Assembly (NCBI GenBank): GCA_965219445.1 | Contig: CBDCNQ010000002.1 | Coordinates: 544,001 to 608,000 of the forward strand | Length of the DNA: 64,000 bases | Reading direction: 5' to 3' | Source: Longimicrobiales bacterium | GTDB lineage: Bacteria; Gemmatimonadota; Gemmatimonadetes; Longimicrobiales; Gaopeijiaceae | The notes under the pieces: model-generated | Seen by the model: the letters and a program-made list of their open reading frames with translations, nothing else | Told to the model about the DNA's origin: nothing | Databases searched by the model: none | Position numbers and translations under genes: made by a program | Shown: positions 9,651 through 20,494 of the stretch, in pieces | How the letters are laid out: the number at the start of each line of letters is the position of its first letter | Numbering within the stretch: the stretch's first letter is position 1

Positions 9651-11993
9651 TCAATACCTGAGCAGGTACTGCAGCTTCACGAAAATCGCCCGGTTCGTAC
9701 GGCGCAACCGATCAGTGAAGAACAGTTGATCGTCGACGCCGTCTCCGTCGCGATCCCCCTCGATGAGGTCTGCCTGCTGATAGTGATCGTCGTACCCGGC
9801 ATAGAAGACGGTTCCCGCGTTCAGGCGGTAATTGACGAGCACATTGAAGTCGAATGTTTCGTCGAGAGAGTTGAACTCGACGATGTTCCGCAGCGCGATT
9901 TTGTCGGTAAGTTGGATGTCCGTTCGCGCCCGCAGGATCTTCACGTCGAAGACCTCCGTGCCGTCGCGCGGATCCGTCAGCCGGCTGGTGTTCAAGTTAA
10001 GGTTGGTCTGTAGTCGGGCCATCGGCTTAAGCGTAGCATTGACGCCCCAGGTCGTGCCGTGGCCCAGGAATGGTGTGTCGCTGTATCGGACCTGATCCCC
10101 CGTCGAAAAATTCACACCGAACTGGTAGGTTCGGCTGGTATTCACTCTGCCCTGGATCCAAAGCCGGCTGCTCTCGAAGTCGGTCCCAAGGAAGCGCTCC
10201 ATATCCCTGCTGAGGGTCCAGCCGAAGTTGATGTTCCGTGCGAACTGGAAGTTCGTGGAGAGAGCGAAGTTCTCGTCTTGGAGAACATCGTCAAAGTCGT
10301 AATTCCGCGTGTAGCCCACGTGCGGACCCCAATTGATGAGCCATGTCTCTGGCCAGAAGCGGTAACTGAGCGTGGCGGTGCCCTGTCGGACGTCGGTGCG
10401 CCGGACGAAGCCCACGTCCGTGTCGAGGTCGGGAGAGATCTGATACAGGAAGAGGTCCCAGCCGACGTGGCGGCCCTCTCGGACCCAGCGAGCCGTGAGC
10501 ATGTGGCCACTCTCTTCGGAGGCATCCAATTCCTTGTGTAGCGTTCGTACCGCCCGAAACCTGAACACGGTGCTGGGATTCAGACGTAGATTACCGTCCA
10601 AGTCGAACATCCGGCTGTGACTGTCCATGAACTCCCGGTCGGTGATCATGGCGCCGACGGTCGACTCCGCATACACCTCGTAAAGCCCCCGACCGATGAA
10701 CGTGTAAGCGGACTGATCGAACAACGGGTCATCGGGGTCAGCCACGTTACCGGGAGCTCGATCGTTCGTGGCCAGCGCACCGAGCGAAACCGGACCCACC
10801 TTACCCGACAGCTTCGCCCCGTAGTCCGGGTCCACGATCGTACGCGTGTGCACGAGTGTGACTGGAGCCTGGATACGGAAGATCTCTGCGCCCTCCAGGA
10901 AGAAGGGCCTCAGCTCCCTGAAAAAGAGCGGGAACCTCTGGTTGACCTCGATCTGAGGCTGGTCCGACTCGATCTGTGAGAAGTCGGGGTTGACCGTGAA
11001 ATCGGCCGTGAGAGTCGACGTGATCCCATACTTCAGATTGATGCCCGCGTCGGGATCCGTACGTTGATTCGCGAATCCCGGCCGGGTCGGATCGATGGCG
11101 CCGTATTGGATCGCAGTGAATGTCGGCAGAATCTCGATGTTCCGGCTCGTCGAGAGGTCCGTCATCCCCTCCAGCACGCCCATTTGGCCCATGAAGCTGG
11201 ACTCGTCGCGCGACATGGGAGCCCACACGTCGTTTTCCTGATTCTTACTCTTGATCTCACGAACGATCTGAAACCCCCATCGATGGGGCTGACCCTCTGG
11301 AGGAGTGGGATAGCGGAGACTCTTGAACGGGATGGCCATTTCGGCCACGTACCCATCCTCTACGATTTGGCCGGCGGTCTCGAACAGGGCATCCCATGTG
11401 CGGTCCGCAAACGGAATCGGCCCGAAGCTTCCCGTCCGTGAGATGACCCCGTCGCCCTGAACTCCGTAAGGGTTAACGTCGAAATCATAGGCCTGCTGTT
11501 GATCCATGTAGGTGTCGAAGTAGACCGTCATGAGATCGTCCGCCGCGGCTCGGTCTCGATCTACCCGGTTCCCACGCATGATCGAGGGATCCTCGTAATG
11601 CACGTGAAACCCGAAGTAGAGCTGTTCCCGATCGTAGGCGATATAGATGTCGGTGGCCTCGGTTGCGGGCGCTCCCTCGAGCGGAGACTGCTGAACCAAC
11701 TCCGTGATTTTCGTGGCCGTCCGCCACACTTCGTCGTCGAGGCGGCCGTCGATCTCGGGTGGGGTGTCCGTCCGGACGGGGCTTATTCGTGGACGACCGG
11801 CGAGAGGGCCGAGATCGATGTCGTCGGCGATGACATCCGACGACGCCGGAGGCTCAACTGTTGCCTGTGCGGTGAGGGCGCCGGGGACCGTAGCGAAAAG
11901 GGCGAGACCGAACAGGATCCCGAACAAGGTAATAAGGCCCGAGGCCCCCAGGGGGGCTCCCCGGTCTCGGTCCTTACGTAGAGCTCTCGTCAC
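9651..11993 (-). CDS. CBM9-like + DUF5916 outer-membrane protein
   Basis: IDGRLDDEVW, EMAIPFKSLRY, NPDFSQIESD, E.RPFFLEG; C-terminal YLLRY. Confidence 0.85.
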   Translation of the reverse strand: MTRALRKDRDRGAPLGASGLITLFGILFGLALFATVPGALTAQATVEPPASSDVIADDIDLGPLAGRPRISPVRTDTPPEIDGRLDDEVWRTATKITELVQQSPLEGAPATEATDIYIAYDREQLYFGFHVHYEDPSIMRGNRVDRDRAAADDLMTVYFDTYMDQQQAYDFDVNPYGVQGDGVISRTGSFGPIPFADRTWDALFETAGQIVEDGYVAEMAIPFKSLRYPTPPEGQPHRWGFQIVREIKSKNQENDVWAPMSRDESSFMGQMGVLEGMTDLSTSRNIEILPTFTAIQYGAIDPTRPGFANQRTDPDAGINLKYGITSTLTADFTVNPDFSQIESDQPQIEVNQRFPLFFRELRPFFLEGAEIFRIQAPVTLVHTRTIVDPDYGAKLSGKVGPVSLGALATNDRAPGNVADPDDPLFDQSAYTFIGRGLYEVYAESTVGAMITDREFMDSHSRMFDLDGNLRLNPSTVFRFRAVRTLHKELDASEESGHMLTARWVREGRHVGWDLFLYQISPDLDTDVGFVRRTDVRQGTATLSYRFWPETWLINWGPHVGYTRNYDFDDVLQDENFALSTNFQFARNINFGWTLSRDMERFLGTDFESSRLWIQGRVNTSRTYQFGVNFSTGDQVRYSDTPFLGHGTTWGVNATLKPMARLQTNLNLNTSRLTDPRDGTEVFDVKILRARTDIQLTDKIALRNIVEFNSLDETFDFNVLVNYRLNAGTVFYAGYDDHYQQADLIEGDRDGDGVDDQLFFTDRLRRTNRAIFVKLQYLLRY

Positions 11994-12175
11994 CCATATT
12001 CCTCATCTTGATGGATCTCATAGAAGGTCGGCAGATATGAAACCGTCTACTCAATTCCACCCGCCGCCGTAAGCCACACGGTTGAAGCTGCCAGGATCAA
12101 CTGACATTGACAACGGTCGTTTCGAGACCGTAGATGATGCAATTAAGACGTGTCTAACGGGGGAGAGAGAAAACC

Positions 12176-13366
12176 ATGAGTGAAAGATCCGAAGGCCACG
12201 ACACCCCAGGATTGAAGCGCCGGGAATTTCTCTCGGTCGGCGCCTTCCCGCTTGCGGCGGTGCTTGGGACTGCGAAAACAGGAGCCGTGAAATTGGGCGT
12301 CCCGGACGGGATGGGATCGACCCGATCGGCCCAGGACGTCATTCGGGTCGGACTGATCGGGGCCGGGGCCAACGTGCGCCGCGTCCAGATTCCCAGCTTT
12401 CGAAGAATTCCGGGGTGTGAGATCGTGGCGGTAGCCAATCGCAGCCTCGAGTCCAGTCGGCGGGTCACTGACGAGTTCAATATTCCCAGGGCCTATGCCA
12501 ACTGGAAGGAATTGCTCGACGACGACGGCATTGACGCGGTCTTGATCGGCACCTGGCCGTACATGCACAGCATGCTGACCCTGGCGGCATTGGAGAAGGG
12601 CAAACATGTACTGACCCAGGCTCGCATGGCGAACGATGCGCAACAAGCCAGGGACATGTTGGCGGCGTCGCGTCGCCACCCAGATCTCGTGTGTCAGTTG
12701 GTCCCGACGTCCACGAGCTACCGGATCGACAATGTGCTGAAGAGAATGATTGCCGACGGCTACCTGGGTGAAGTGCTGTCGGTCGAGATGCAGCGGCTGC
12801 AGCGCGGGTTCGCCGGTTTTGGCGGCGATCTCGGCTGGCGCCACGACGAGCAGTTCAGTGGTTTCAACACGTTGAACATCGGGTCTTCGTATGAATCGAT
12901 GATGCGCTGGTTCGGCCGGGGCAATCGGGTCATGGCGATGTCCAAGGTCCACGTGCCCTACCGCATGCGCGCGAACGGTCAAGCAGGCTCTGTCAGCATC
13001 CCCGACCACGTAGATATCCTCTACGAATTGGCCAACGGCGCCCAGGTCCACATGAAAATGAGCGCAACCAGCGGCCTATCCCCAGGCAGTCAGTTTTGGC
13101 TCTACGGCAGTGAAGGCACCATCTACGTCGACCAGGGGCAAAACGTCTTTGCCGGACGCCGCGGCGACACCGAGCTTTCCGAAGTCCCCAACCCTCCGGC
13201 GCAGCAGGCCACCTCCCGAGTGGAGCAAGAGTTCATCAACGCGATCCGAGGCCTCGAAGAGATTACGATGGTGCCCTTTGAATCGGGCGTTCACTACATG
13301 GAGTGGACGGAGGCCGTGCACCGAAGCTCGCAGACCGGCGAGGCGGTGTTTTTGCCGTTGTCGTAG
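12176..13366 (+). CDS. Gfo/Idh/MocA oxidoreductase with Tat-like leader
   Basis: KRREFL twin-arginine; VGLIGAG; IDAVLIGTWPYMH; ALEKGKHVL. Confidence 0.88.
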   Translation: MSERSEGHDTPGLKRREFLSVGAFPLAAVLGTAKTGAVKLGVPDGMGSTRSAQDVIRVGLIGAGANVRRVQIPSFRRIPGCEIVAVANRSLESSRRVTDEFNIPRAYANWKELLDDDGIDAVLIGTWPYMHSMLTLAALEKGKHVLTQARMANDAQQARDMLAASRRHPDLVCQLVPTSTSYRIDNVLKRMIADGYLGEVLSVEMQRLQRGFAGFGGDLGWRHDEQFSGFNTLNIGSSYESMMRWFGRGNRVMAMSKVHVPYRMRANGQAGSVSIPDHVDILYELANGAQVHMKMSATSGLSPGSQFWLYGSEGTIYVDQGQNVFAGRRGDTELSEVPNPPAQQATSRVEQEFINAIRGLEEITMVPFESGVHYMEWTEAVHRSSQTGEAVFLPLS

Positions 13367-13508
13367 GTCGGCCCGCGTACCAGATCTTCGTTGCCTTGTG
13401 GAGCGGGTCGTCGCCTTCGTGGTGTCAACGAAAGCGAACACGATCGTATAGCTCCCCCCAGCTATACGTACGACCCGAGTACGAATCTACGTAGTCCGGG
13501 TTACGGAT

Positions 13509-14966
13509 CTACCTCGTGCCGGAGCTCCCTCGACGGACGAAGACAGCGAAGAGGAGACCTCCGACGAGGACGGTCGCTAGAGAAAGGATGGACTCCACCG
13601 GGCGTCCCTGGAAGGCCCAGAACATCATCCACCCGGAAACCGCGAGAAAGAGGATGGGGCTGATCGGATAGCCCCAGGCCCGAAACGGCCGGTCGAGCTC
13701 CGGACTGCGAACCCGCAACACGATCACACAGGAAACGGCGAGACTCGCGAACAGGGTGAGCGTGAAGCCGGCATACTGCTGAATTTGGTCGACCCGTCCA
13801 GAAAGGATGATGACCGACGTCACGATCCCTTGAACGATGAGGGCCACGGCTGGAGCGCCGCTCCTTCGGGTCCGAGCGAAAAAGGAGAACGGTGTGAAGT
13901 CCTTGCCCAGAGCGTAGTAGACCCGCGGCCCCACCAGCGTCATCGCGGAGGCCGAAGCCAGGATCGACGCACACAGCACGACCGTTACCATACTCACTCC
14001 CCTGGGGCCGAAGAGCGTGCGCGACGCCACGAGTCCCACCTCTACCTGACCCGCCAGCTCATCGACGTTCGCCCCGTAGAAGTAGAGGGCGTTGAGCCCC
14101 AGATAGAGGAGCAGCACAGTCGCCGTGCCGAGGAGGAGCGCCCGTGGTAGATCCCGCTGAGGATATTTCATCTCCGCCGCGACGTAGGCCGCCGCGTTCC
14201 AGCCCGAGAAGCAGAACATTACGAAAATGAGCGAAGTGCCGAACGCCGCGAGGGTGTCGGTCCGGCTCAGCTCCTGGAAGGACGGGGAGACGGTGGCCAG
14301 GTTGGAGACGTCCCCACGGCCGATGGACGCCGCGGCGAGAAGGATCGCGACGATGCCGCCCACCTTGAAGACGGTCATGAAGTCGTTGAATCCGGTGCCC
14401 GCTTGGACCGCCCGGATGTGGATCCCCACGAGGAGCCAGACCAGCCCCACCGCGGTTAGATCGACGGCCGTTACCACGCCGCCCACGGTCGCTTCTTCGG
14501 CCAGGAAGGGGAAAAAGTAGCCGAGGTAGATGACGAAGCTCTTGAGCGCAGCGGCGACGGGAGCGGAAAACCCGGCCACCAGGGACACGAATGCACTCAT
14601 GAACCCGACGGCCGGGCCGTAGGTTTCACGGAGGTACACGTATTCCGCCCCGGCGCGGGGCATCATGGCTCCCAGCTCCGCATAGCAGAGGGCGCCGAGC
14701 AGTGCGAGCCCGCCCCCGATCACCCACAGCACGAAGATGAAGAGCGGGTGCCTGAGATCGGCAGCCTGGAACCCCGTGGTCGTGAAGATGCCCGCGCCGA
14801 TCATGTTCGCGATCACGAGGGCCGTGGCGGACCTCAGGCGCATGTGCCGCGTCAGCGCGCTCCGGTTCCCTCCGGTAGGTGCGATCAGAATCTCCTGTGA
14901 ACTGGGTAAGACGGGCGGGGGTGCTGCTTCGCGGGGAACGCCTCCGAGCGCCCGCGGCGGACGCAC
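13509..14966 (-). CDS. APC-family amino acid permease (true start probably somewhat downstream)
   Basis: ANMIGAGIF, YAELGAMMPRAGAEY, FSGWNAAAYVAAE, RPFRAWGYP. Confidence 0.9.
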   Translation of the reverse strand: MRPPRALGGVPREAAPPPVLPSSQEILIAPTGGNRSALTRHMRLRSATALVIANMIGAGIFTTTGFQAADLRHPLFIFVLWVIGGGLALLGALCYAELGAMMPRAGAEYVYLRETYGPAVGFMSAFVSLVAGFSAPVAAALKSFVIYLGYFFPFLAEEATVGGVVTAVDLTAVGLVWLLVGIHIRAVQAGTGFNDFMTVFKVGGIVAILLAAASIGRGDVSNLATVSPSFQELSRTDTLAAFGTSLIFVMFCFSGWNAAAYVAAEMKYPQRDLPRALLLGTATVLLLYLGLNALYFYGANVDELAGQVEVGLVASRTLFGPRGVSMVTVVLCASILASASAMTLVGPRVYYALGKDFTPFSFFARTRRSGAPAVALIVQGIVTSVIILSGRVDQIQQYAGFTLTLFASLAVSCVIVLRVRSPELDRPFRAWGYPISPILFLAVSGWMMFWAFQGRPVESILSLATVLVGGLLFAVFVRRGSSGTR

Positions 14967-15207
14967 GCCGGTCCTGTCCTCACGAAGAACCTATCCTAGC
15001 GGTGGAAGGCCCGGTTCGTCCACGGAAGGCCCCCTCCCCCAACCAATCCCAGCGCCGGGGCACTCTTGCGACTTCTTATACGGAAGAGGACACTCGAGGA
15101 GTCGGTGGGGAGGACGCCGAATGTGAGGCACTGGCGTTTTAGCCGATCAGAGGCTAATAGGAATGCCTGGTCGTCGTCCCGGAAAACACCGAACTAGGAG
15201 AGGTTCC

Positions 15208-17532
15208 ATGTCCGTCGATGCAACTCGTTTCACTGGGGTGTTGTTGGGCTTGCTGCTTCTCGCGGTCGGTTGCTCCCCGCAGTCGGAGCCCGGCTCGTTC
15301 GAGGAGCTGGCACGCGGTTCGCTCGCTCAAATCGACGGAGAGTTGGACGTTCCCGGTCTGAGGGAGCCGGTCGAGGTCCTCCGGGACGAGTGGGGAATCC
15401 CGCATATTTACGCTCAGAACGTCGACGACCTCTTCATGGCGCAGGGGTACGTGATGGCCCAGGACCGACTCTGGCAGATGGAGATGTGGCGGCGCTGGCA
15501 CGAGGGACGTCTCTCCGAGATCTTCGGACCCGAGGCGTTCGACTACGACCTCCGCACGCGGCAAATGATGTTCCGCGGACCCTGGGACGAGTCCGAATGG
15601 ACGAGTTACCACCCCGACGGGGAGCGCATCTTCACGGCCCACGCAGCCGGGGTGAACGCATACATCGAGCAGAATCGGGACAACCTTCCGGTCGAGTTCC
15701 AGCTCACCGGAGTAGTGCCGGATCCGTGGACCGCCAAGACCGTCCTCCTGCGATGGGCGGCCGTCGGCCTGTCGAGCGTCCGGGGCGATGCGATAAATGA
15801 GATCGAGCTGGCCATGAACGTGGCCCGGCTCGGCGCCGAGGAGGCGAATCGCCGCGCGGCGCCGGATCCATGGGATGATCTGAAGGTCCCCGAGGGCCTC
15901 GACGTCAGCATCATCACCCAGACGGTCCTCGACGCGATGCAAGCCGGGGACGGAGACCCGTTCACGCAGGGAAGACTCCCGGCTCTGGAAGTGCTGGAAC
16001 GCTACCGGCACCTCACCCCGGCCGTACGGACGGCGCAGGTCTCGAGTCAACAGATCGCGACCGAGGGGAGCAACAACTGGGTTATGAGCGGCGATCGCTC
16101 GCCCACGGGTGTGCCGATCCTCGCCAACGATCCACACCGACGCATCGAGATGCCGGCCCTCCGGTACTTCGTACATCTGAACGCTCCGGGCTGGAACGTG
16201 ATGGGCGGTGGCGAGCCACCCTTCGTCGGGGCGGACGCGGGGCACAACGAACGCATGGCGTGGGGCTTCACGTTCGCCGGCACGGACATGGTCGACGTCT
16301 TCGTCGAGGAGCTCAACCCGGAGGATCCGAATCTCGTTCGGTGGCAGGACGGCTGGGAGCCACTCCGCGTCATCCAGGAGGAAATCGAGGTCAAGGGTGA
16401 GGCACCCCGCACGGTGGAGCTGAAGTTCAGCCGCCACGGGCCGGTTATCTTCGAGGATGCGGACAACCGAGTTGCCTACGCGGTGCGCTCCGTCGTCCAG
16501 GATCCGGGCACGGCCGCGTATAAAGGAAGCTTCAAGATGGCCCAGGCCGAGAGTTGCGAGGATTTCTTCGAGCGGGCGATGTTTTGGATGGTTCCCACCC
16601 ACAGCCTGATCTGTGGGGACGTCGAGGGCAACATCGCCCTCCAGGTGACGGGGCTCACGCCCGACCGGGACGGCTGGAACGGCCGGTTGCCGGTTCCGGG
16701 CAACGGCAAGTACGAGTGGCAGGGATTCCGGAGTGATCTCCCGCGCGAGTTCAATCCGGCTCGGGGCTACATCACCACGGCCAACAACAACGTCCATCCC
16801 CCGGGTTACGAGGGGCGACCGGTGTTCTATCACTCGTCGAGGGGCGTGGCGACCTCACGGATCACGCGCCTCCACCAGATCCTCGGGTCGGACGAGCGGT
16901 TCTCGGTCGAGGATCATCAGGCGATCCAGCTCGACACCTACTCGCTGCGGGCCGAGGCAGACATTCCCGCGTTCCAGGGCTGGACCTCCGAGGTCCCGGG
17001 TGTGGAGCGGGCCCGTGCCTTGATCGCCGAGTGGGATGGAGTGCTCACGAGAGAGAGCACTGCGGGGGCGATCTACGTGGAATGGACCCGCCTGTCCGAT
17101 TCCGGGGCGAGCGATGCCGCCACGCCGAACCCACAGCGCCGCGCGCTGATCGAGGAGGGCTTGGAGAAGACCGTTGCCGCGCTGACGGAAGATTGGGGAG
17201 CGGACTGGAGCCAGTGGCGGTACGGCAGAGGCAACCAGAGTGGACTCGCGCATATGTTCCTTCCGGACTTCGACCTGCCGGCCGTCGAGCGGCCGGGCGG
17301 CTTCGGGACCGTCAACGCTACCGGCGCCAACTTCCGTCGCATTATCGACCTATCGAATCTGGACCGGTCCGTCGCGACGAACGCCCCCGGCCAGAGCGCT
17401 CAACCCGGTAGCCCGTTCTACGGTGACCTGATCGACTATCTGGGCAACGGGGAGTATTTCCCGTTCCTCTTCAGCCGTGAGGCGGTGGAGGAACGAGTGG
17501 CTTATCGCCTCACCCTGCAGCCGGGGGGGTAG
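15208..17532 (+). CDS. Penicillin acylase family (S45 Ntn hydrolase) lipoprotein
   Basis: RBS aggag; RDEWGIPHIYA, AQDRLWQME, GSNNW nucleophile, ANDPH. Confidence 0.92.
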   Translation: MSVDATRFTGVLLGLLLLAVGCSPQSEPGSFEELARGSLAQIDGELDVPGLREPVEVLRDEWGIPHIYAQNVDDLFMAQGYVMAQDRLWQMEMWRRWHEGRLSEIFGPEAFDYDLRTRQMMFRGPWDESEWTSYHPDGERIFTAHAAGVNAYIEQNRDNLPVEFQLTGVVPDPWTAKTVLLRWAAVGLSSVRGDAINEIELAMNVARLGAEEANRRAAPDPWDDLKVPEGLDVSIITQTVLDAMQAGDGDPFTQGRLPALEVLERYRHLTPAVRTAQVSSQQIATEGSNNWVMSGDRSPTGVPILANDPHRRIEMPALRYFVHLNAPGWNVMGGGEPPFVGADAGHNERMAWGFTFAGTDMVDVFVEELNPEDPNLVRWQDGWEPLRVIQEEIEVKGEAPRTVELKFSRHGPVIFEDADNRVAYAVRSVVQDPGTAAYKGSFKMAQAESCEDFFERAMFWMVPTHSLICGDVEGNIALQVTGLTPDRDGWNGRLPVPGNGKYEWQGFRSDLPREFNPARGYITTANNNVHPPGYEGRPVFYHSSRGVATSRITRLHQILGSDERFSVEDHQAIQLDTYSLRAEADIPAFQGWTSEVPGVERARALIAEWDGVLTRESTAGAIYVEWTRLSDSGASDAATPNPQRRALIEEGLEKTVAALTEDWGADWSQWRYGRGNQSGLAHMFLPDFDLPAVERPGGFGTVNATGANFRRIIDLSNLDRSVATNAPGQSAQPGSPFYGDLIDYLGNGEYFPFLFSREAVEERVAYRLTLQPGG

Positions 17533-17565
17533 TTCGGATATCACGGGGGAGTAGTTCGGATATCA
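17523..17565 (+). repeat. Tandem direct repeat, 22-bp period, 2 copies, across the acylase stop codon
   Basis: gggggggtagttcggatatca c gggggagtagttcggatatca. Confidence 0.8.
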
Positions 17566-17782
17566 ATCGTGGAGCTGGTTACGACGGGCGGGCGCTCTTA
17601 GTTCCCCACCCGCTCCTTCAGCTCCTCGAAAAAGTTCCGGACCGCAAGCGCCTTGAGCGTGCCGGGCCGCAAGTTGACTGGTGCGCTCCTGCCCCTCACG
17701 TTATCCCGGCCCGTGCACGGGCTTTTTGGTTTTGACTATCTTTGGGCGGGCTGAGGAAGGCCCCCCATTCAAGGAGAATTCC

Positions 17783-19564
17783 ATGAGCGCGAACGGTCTC
17801 GATTTCAGCATCGCCATCGGGGGGGCCGCCGGACAAGGAATCGCGACGCCGGGTAACATCCTCGCTCGCATGTTCGGCCGGCGTGGTCTGCACCTCTATG
17901 CGTACAACGCCTATCAGTCGATCATCCGTGGAGGACACATCCTGTTGACGCTGCGCGTTGCCGACAAAGAGCTGCACAGCCACGGCGACGGGATCGACCT
18001 GCTGCTCTGTCTCAACCAGGACACGATGGACCGGCACCTTAGGATTCTCGGACCGGGATCTCGGGTGCTCTACAACAGTGACAAAATCGAGCCCGGTGAG
18101 GTGCCGGATGGCGTCCACATCTGCCCGATGCCCATCGCCGAACTGGCAGCGGACAGCAAGAACAAGCTCATCCAGAACACTATCTCACTCGGCGTCATGA
18201 TCTCTCTTCTGGGCGTCGACTTCGCGGTGCTGGAGGAGGCTCTGGAGCAGCTGTTCAAGCGGAAGGGAGCGCCCGTGGTCGAAGAGAACGTGACCATGGC
18301 CCGGGCTGGTTATGACCACGGGGCCGCCAACTTCGAGCCCTTCTCCGAACCGTTACCAGAAGGGGACAAGCCGCTCGTGATATGGACCGGCAACTCCGCT
18401 CTGGCCATGGGCGGAGCAGCGGCCGGAGTCAAGTTCTACGCCGCGTATCCAATGAGTCCCTCGACCGGAGTCCTCCACTGGATGGCGCAGCACGCCCACG
18501 AGCTGGGCATCATGGTGCGTCAGGTCGAGGACGAGATCGGCGTGGCCAACATGACCATCGGCGCCGCCCACACCGGCTGCCGCGCCATGTGTGCCACTTC
18601 CGGTGGTGGTTTCGCGCTGATGACGGAGGCGATCGGGGCAGCGGCGATGATGGAGATCCCCGCGGTCTTCATCAACGTGATGCGTGCCGGACCCTCGACG
18701 GGCGTGCCCACTAAGACGGAGCAGGGCGACCTCTGGCAGGTCCTCGGCGCCAGCCAGGGCGACTTCGAGCGCTTCGTCGTGGCGCCGAAGAATTGCCTCG
18801 ATGCATACGACACCGTCGCCGAGCTCTTCAACCTCGTGGACCGCGCCCAATGCCCCGGGATCATCATCTCCGATCTCCTCATTTCGGAAGGGACGTACAG
18901 CGTGGACCCGGACCTCATCGAGGTCCAGCCCGAGATCGATCGGGGCGACCTTCTCCTCGATCCTTCGCCCAACGGAACCTACCTGCGTTACGCCGACACG
19001 GAGAGCGGGATCTCGCCGCGAGTTACGCCAGGCCATGAGGGATTCGTTCATGTGGTGGCGACGGACGAGCACGACGAGGACGGAGTACTCATCAGTGACG
19101 AGTTCACGCATCCGCACAAACGGCGTCGAAGCGTTGAGAAGCGCGCCCGCAAGTTCCAGGGCGTTGCGGCCGACGTGCCCCCGCCGACCCTGGAGGGTCC
19201 CCAGGACGCCGAAGTGACACTGGTCGGCTGGGGCTCCACCTACGGAGTGATCCGAGAGGCCATCGAGATGCTCTCTGAGCAGGGAGTGGTCGCCAATCAG
19301 CTCGCCATCAAATGGATCGTCCCGCTCCACGGCGAGGCCGTGGACGAGATCCTGTCCAGTGCACAGCGGGTCCTCATCGTGGAGAACAACCACTCGGGTC
19401 AGTTTGCCCGGTACCTGCGTAGCGAGACCGGCTTCTCCGCGCACGGCCACATCCGTAAGTACGACGGAGAGCCATTCATGCCCCATCACGTCGTCGAAGG
19501 GGTCCTCGATCTCTTGCAGGCCGAGGCCACCCTACACGTACCGCATCAGGAGATCATCGTATGA
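17783..19564 (+). CDS. 2-oxoacid:ferredoxin oxidoreductase, alpha(-gamma) subunit
   Basis: RBS aaggag; GGAAGQG, YPMSPS, EDEI, TSGGGF, RAGPSTGVPTKTEQGD. Confidence 0.93.
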   Translation: MSANGLDFSIAIGGAAGQGIATPGNILARMFGRRGLHLYAYNAYQSIIRGGHILLTLRVADKELHSHGDGIDLLLCLNQDTMDRHLRILGPGSRVLYNSDKIEPGEVPDGVHICPMPIAELAADSKNKLIQNTISLGVMISLLGVDFAVLEEALEQLFKRKGAPVVEENVTMARAGYDHGAANFEPFSEPLPEGDKPLVIWTGNSALAMGGAAAGVKFYAAYPMSPSTGVLHWMAQHAHELGIMVRQVEDEIGVANMTIGAAHTGCRAMCATSGGGFALMTEAIGAAAMMEIPAVFINVMRAGPSTGVPTKTEQGDLWQVLGASQGDFERFVVAPKNCLDAYDTVAELFNLVDRAQCPGIIISDLLISEGTYSVDPDLIEVQPEIDRGDLLLDPSPNGTYLRYADTESGISPRVTPGHEGFVHVVATDEHDEDGVLISDEFTHPHKRRRSVEKRARKFQGVAADVPPPTLEGPQDAEVTLVGWGSTYGVIREAIEMLSEQGVVANQLAIKWIVPLHGEAVDEILSSAQRVLIVENNHSGQFARYLRSETGFSAHGHIRKYDGEPFMPHHVVEGVLDLLQAEATLHVPHQEIIV

Positions 19565-20481
19565 GCACCGCCACGATCACGACCGAGCGGATCGGCCTCG
19601 ACCTCGTCCGGTCCCCGACCTCGGCCAAGGAATTCAAGGGTGCGGTTGCACCCGACTGGTGCCCCGGCTGCGGAGACTTCGGAGTGCTGAACTCGCTCCA
19701 GCGTGCGGTCTTCGAGCTGGGGCTCAAGCCGCATGAAATCCTGTGCGTGAGTGGCATCGGCTGCTCGTCCAACACCCCCGGCTACTTCAACGCGTACGGC
19801 ATGCACACCCTGCACGGGCGCTCCCTTCCGGTGGCGACGGGAGCCAAGCTGGGGAACCACGAGCTCAACGTCATCGTGACGGGCGGTGACGGCGACGGCT
19901 ACGGCATCGGCGGCAACCACCTGATGCACACCGCGCGCCGGAATATCGATCTGACCTACCTGGTGATGAACAATCAGATCTATGGCCTGACCACGGGCCA
20001 GGTCTCTCCCACCAGCCGCCCCGACATGAAGACCAAAAGCACGCCCCACGGGAACCTGGAGTATCCCATCAACCCCATCACATCCGCGATCATGAACGGA
20101 GCGACGTACGTCGCTCGGGGCTACAGCGCCGACCCCAAGCACCTCACGGAGCTCATCAAGAACGGAATTGAGCACAAGGGCTTTTCGCTCATCGATATCT
20201 TCAGCCCCTGCGTCACCTTCAACCACGACAACGACTTCAAATTCTTCAAGCCACGGATCAAGAAGCTGGAAGACGAAGGCCACGACCCCAGCGACTGGAA
20301 GGCGGCCTGCGAGAAGGCGATGGCGTGGGGAGACGAAATCTACATCGGGCTGTTCCACGAGAACGACCGGCCGTCGCTGGATTCGCTCGAGATGGTCATC
20401 GCCGACGGTCCCCCCCTCGCACGCCGTCCCCTGGGACTCAGCAGCGAGCAGGGCGAGAAGCTGATCAGCCGGATGATGTAG
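19561..20481 (+). CDS. 2-oxoacid:ferredoxin oxidoreductase, beta subunit
   Basis: WCPGCGD, SGIGCS, GGDGD TPP motif, YGLTTGQ, SPCVTFN; ATGA overlap with alpha. Confidence 0.95.
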   Translation: MSTATITTERIGLDLVRSPTSAKEFKGAVAPDWCPGCGDFGVLNSLQRAVFELGLKPHEILCVSGIGCSSNTPGYFNAYGMHTLHGRSLPVATGAKLGNHELNVIVTGGDGDGYGIGGNHLMHTARRNIDLTYLVMNNQIYGLTTGQVSPTSRPDMKTKSTPHGNLEYPINPITSAIMNGATYVARGYSADPKHLTELIKNGIEHKGFSLIDIFSPCVTFNHDNDFKFFKPRIKKLEDEGHDPSDWKAACEKAMAWGDEIYIGLFHENDRPSLDSLEMVIADGPPLARRPLGLSSEQGEKLISRMM

Positions 20482-20494
20482 GGGGGCGAGCGCT

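Noticed and set aside
12107..12136. TTGACA followed by an acggtc/gaccgt palindrome upstream of the oxidoreductase
   Set aside because: No convincing -10 at proper spacing, so not supported as a promoter or operator
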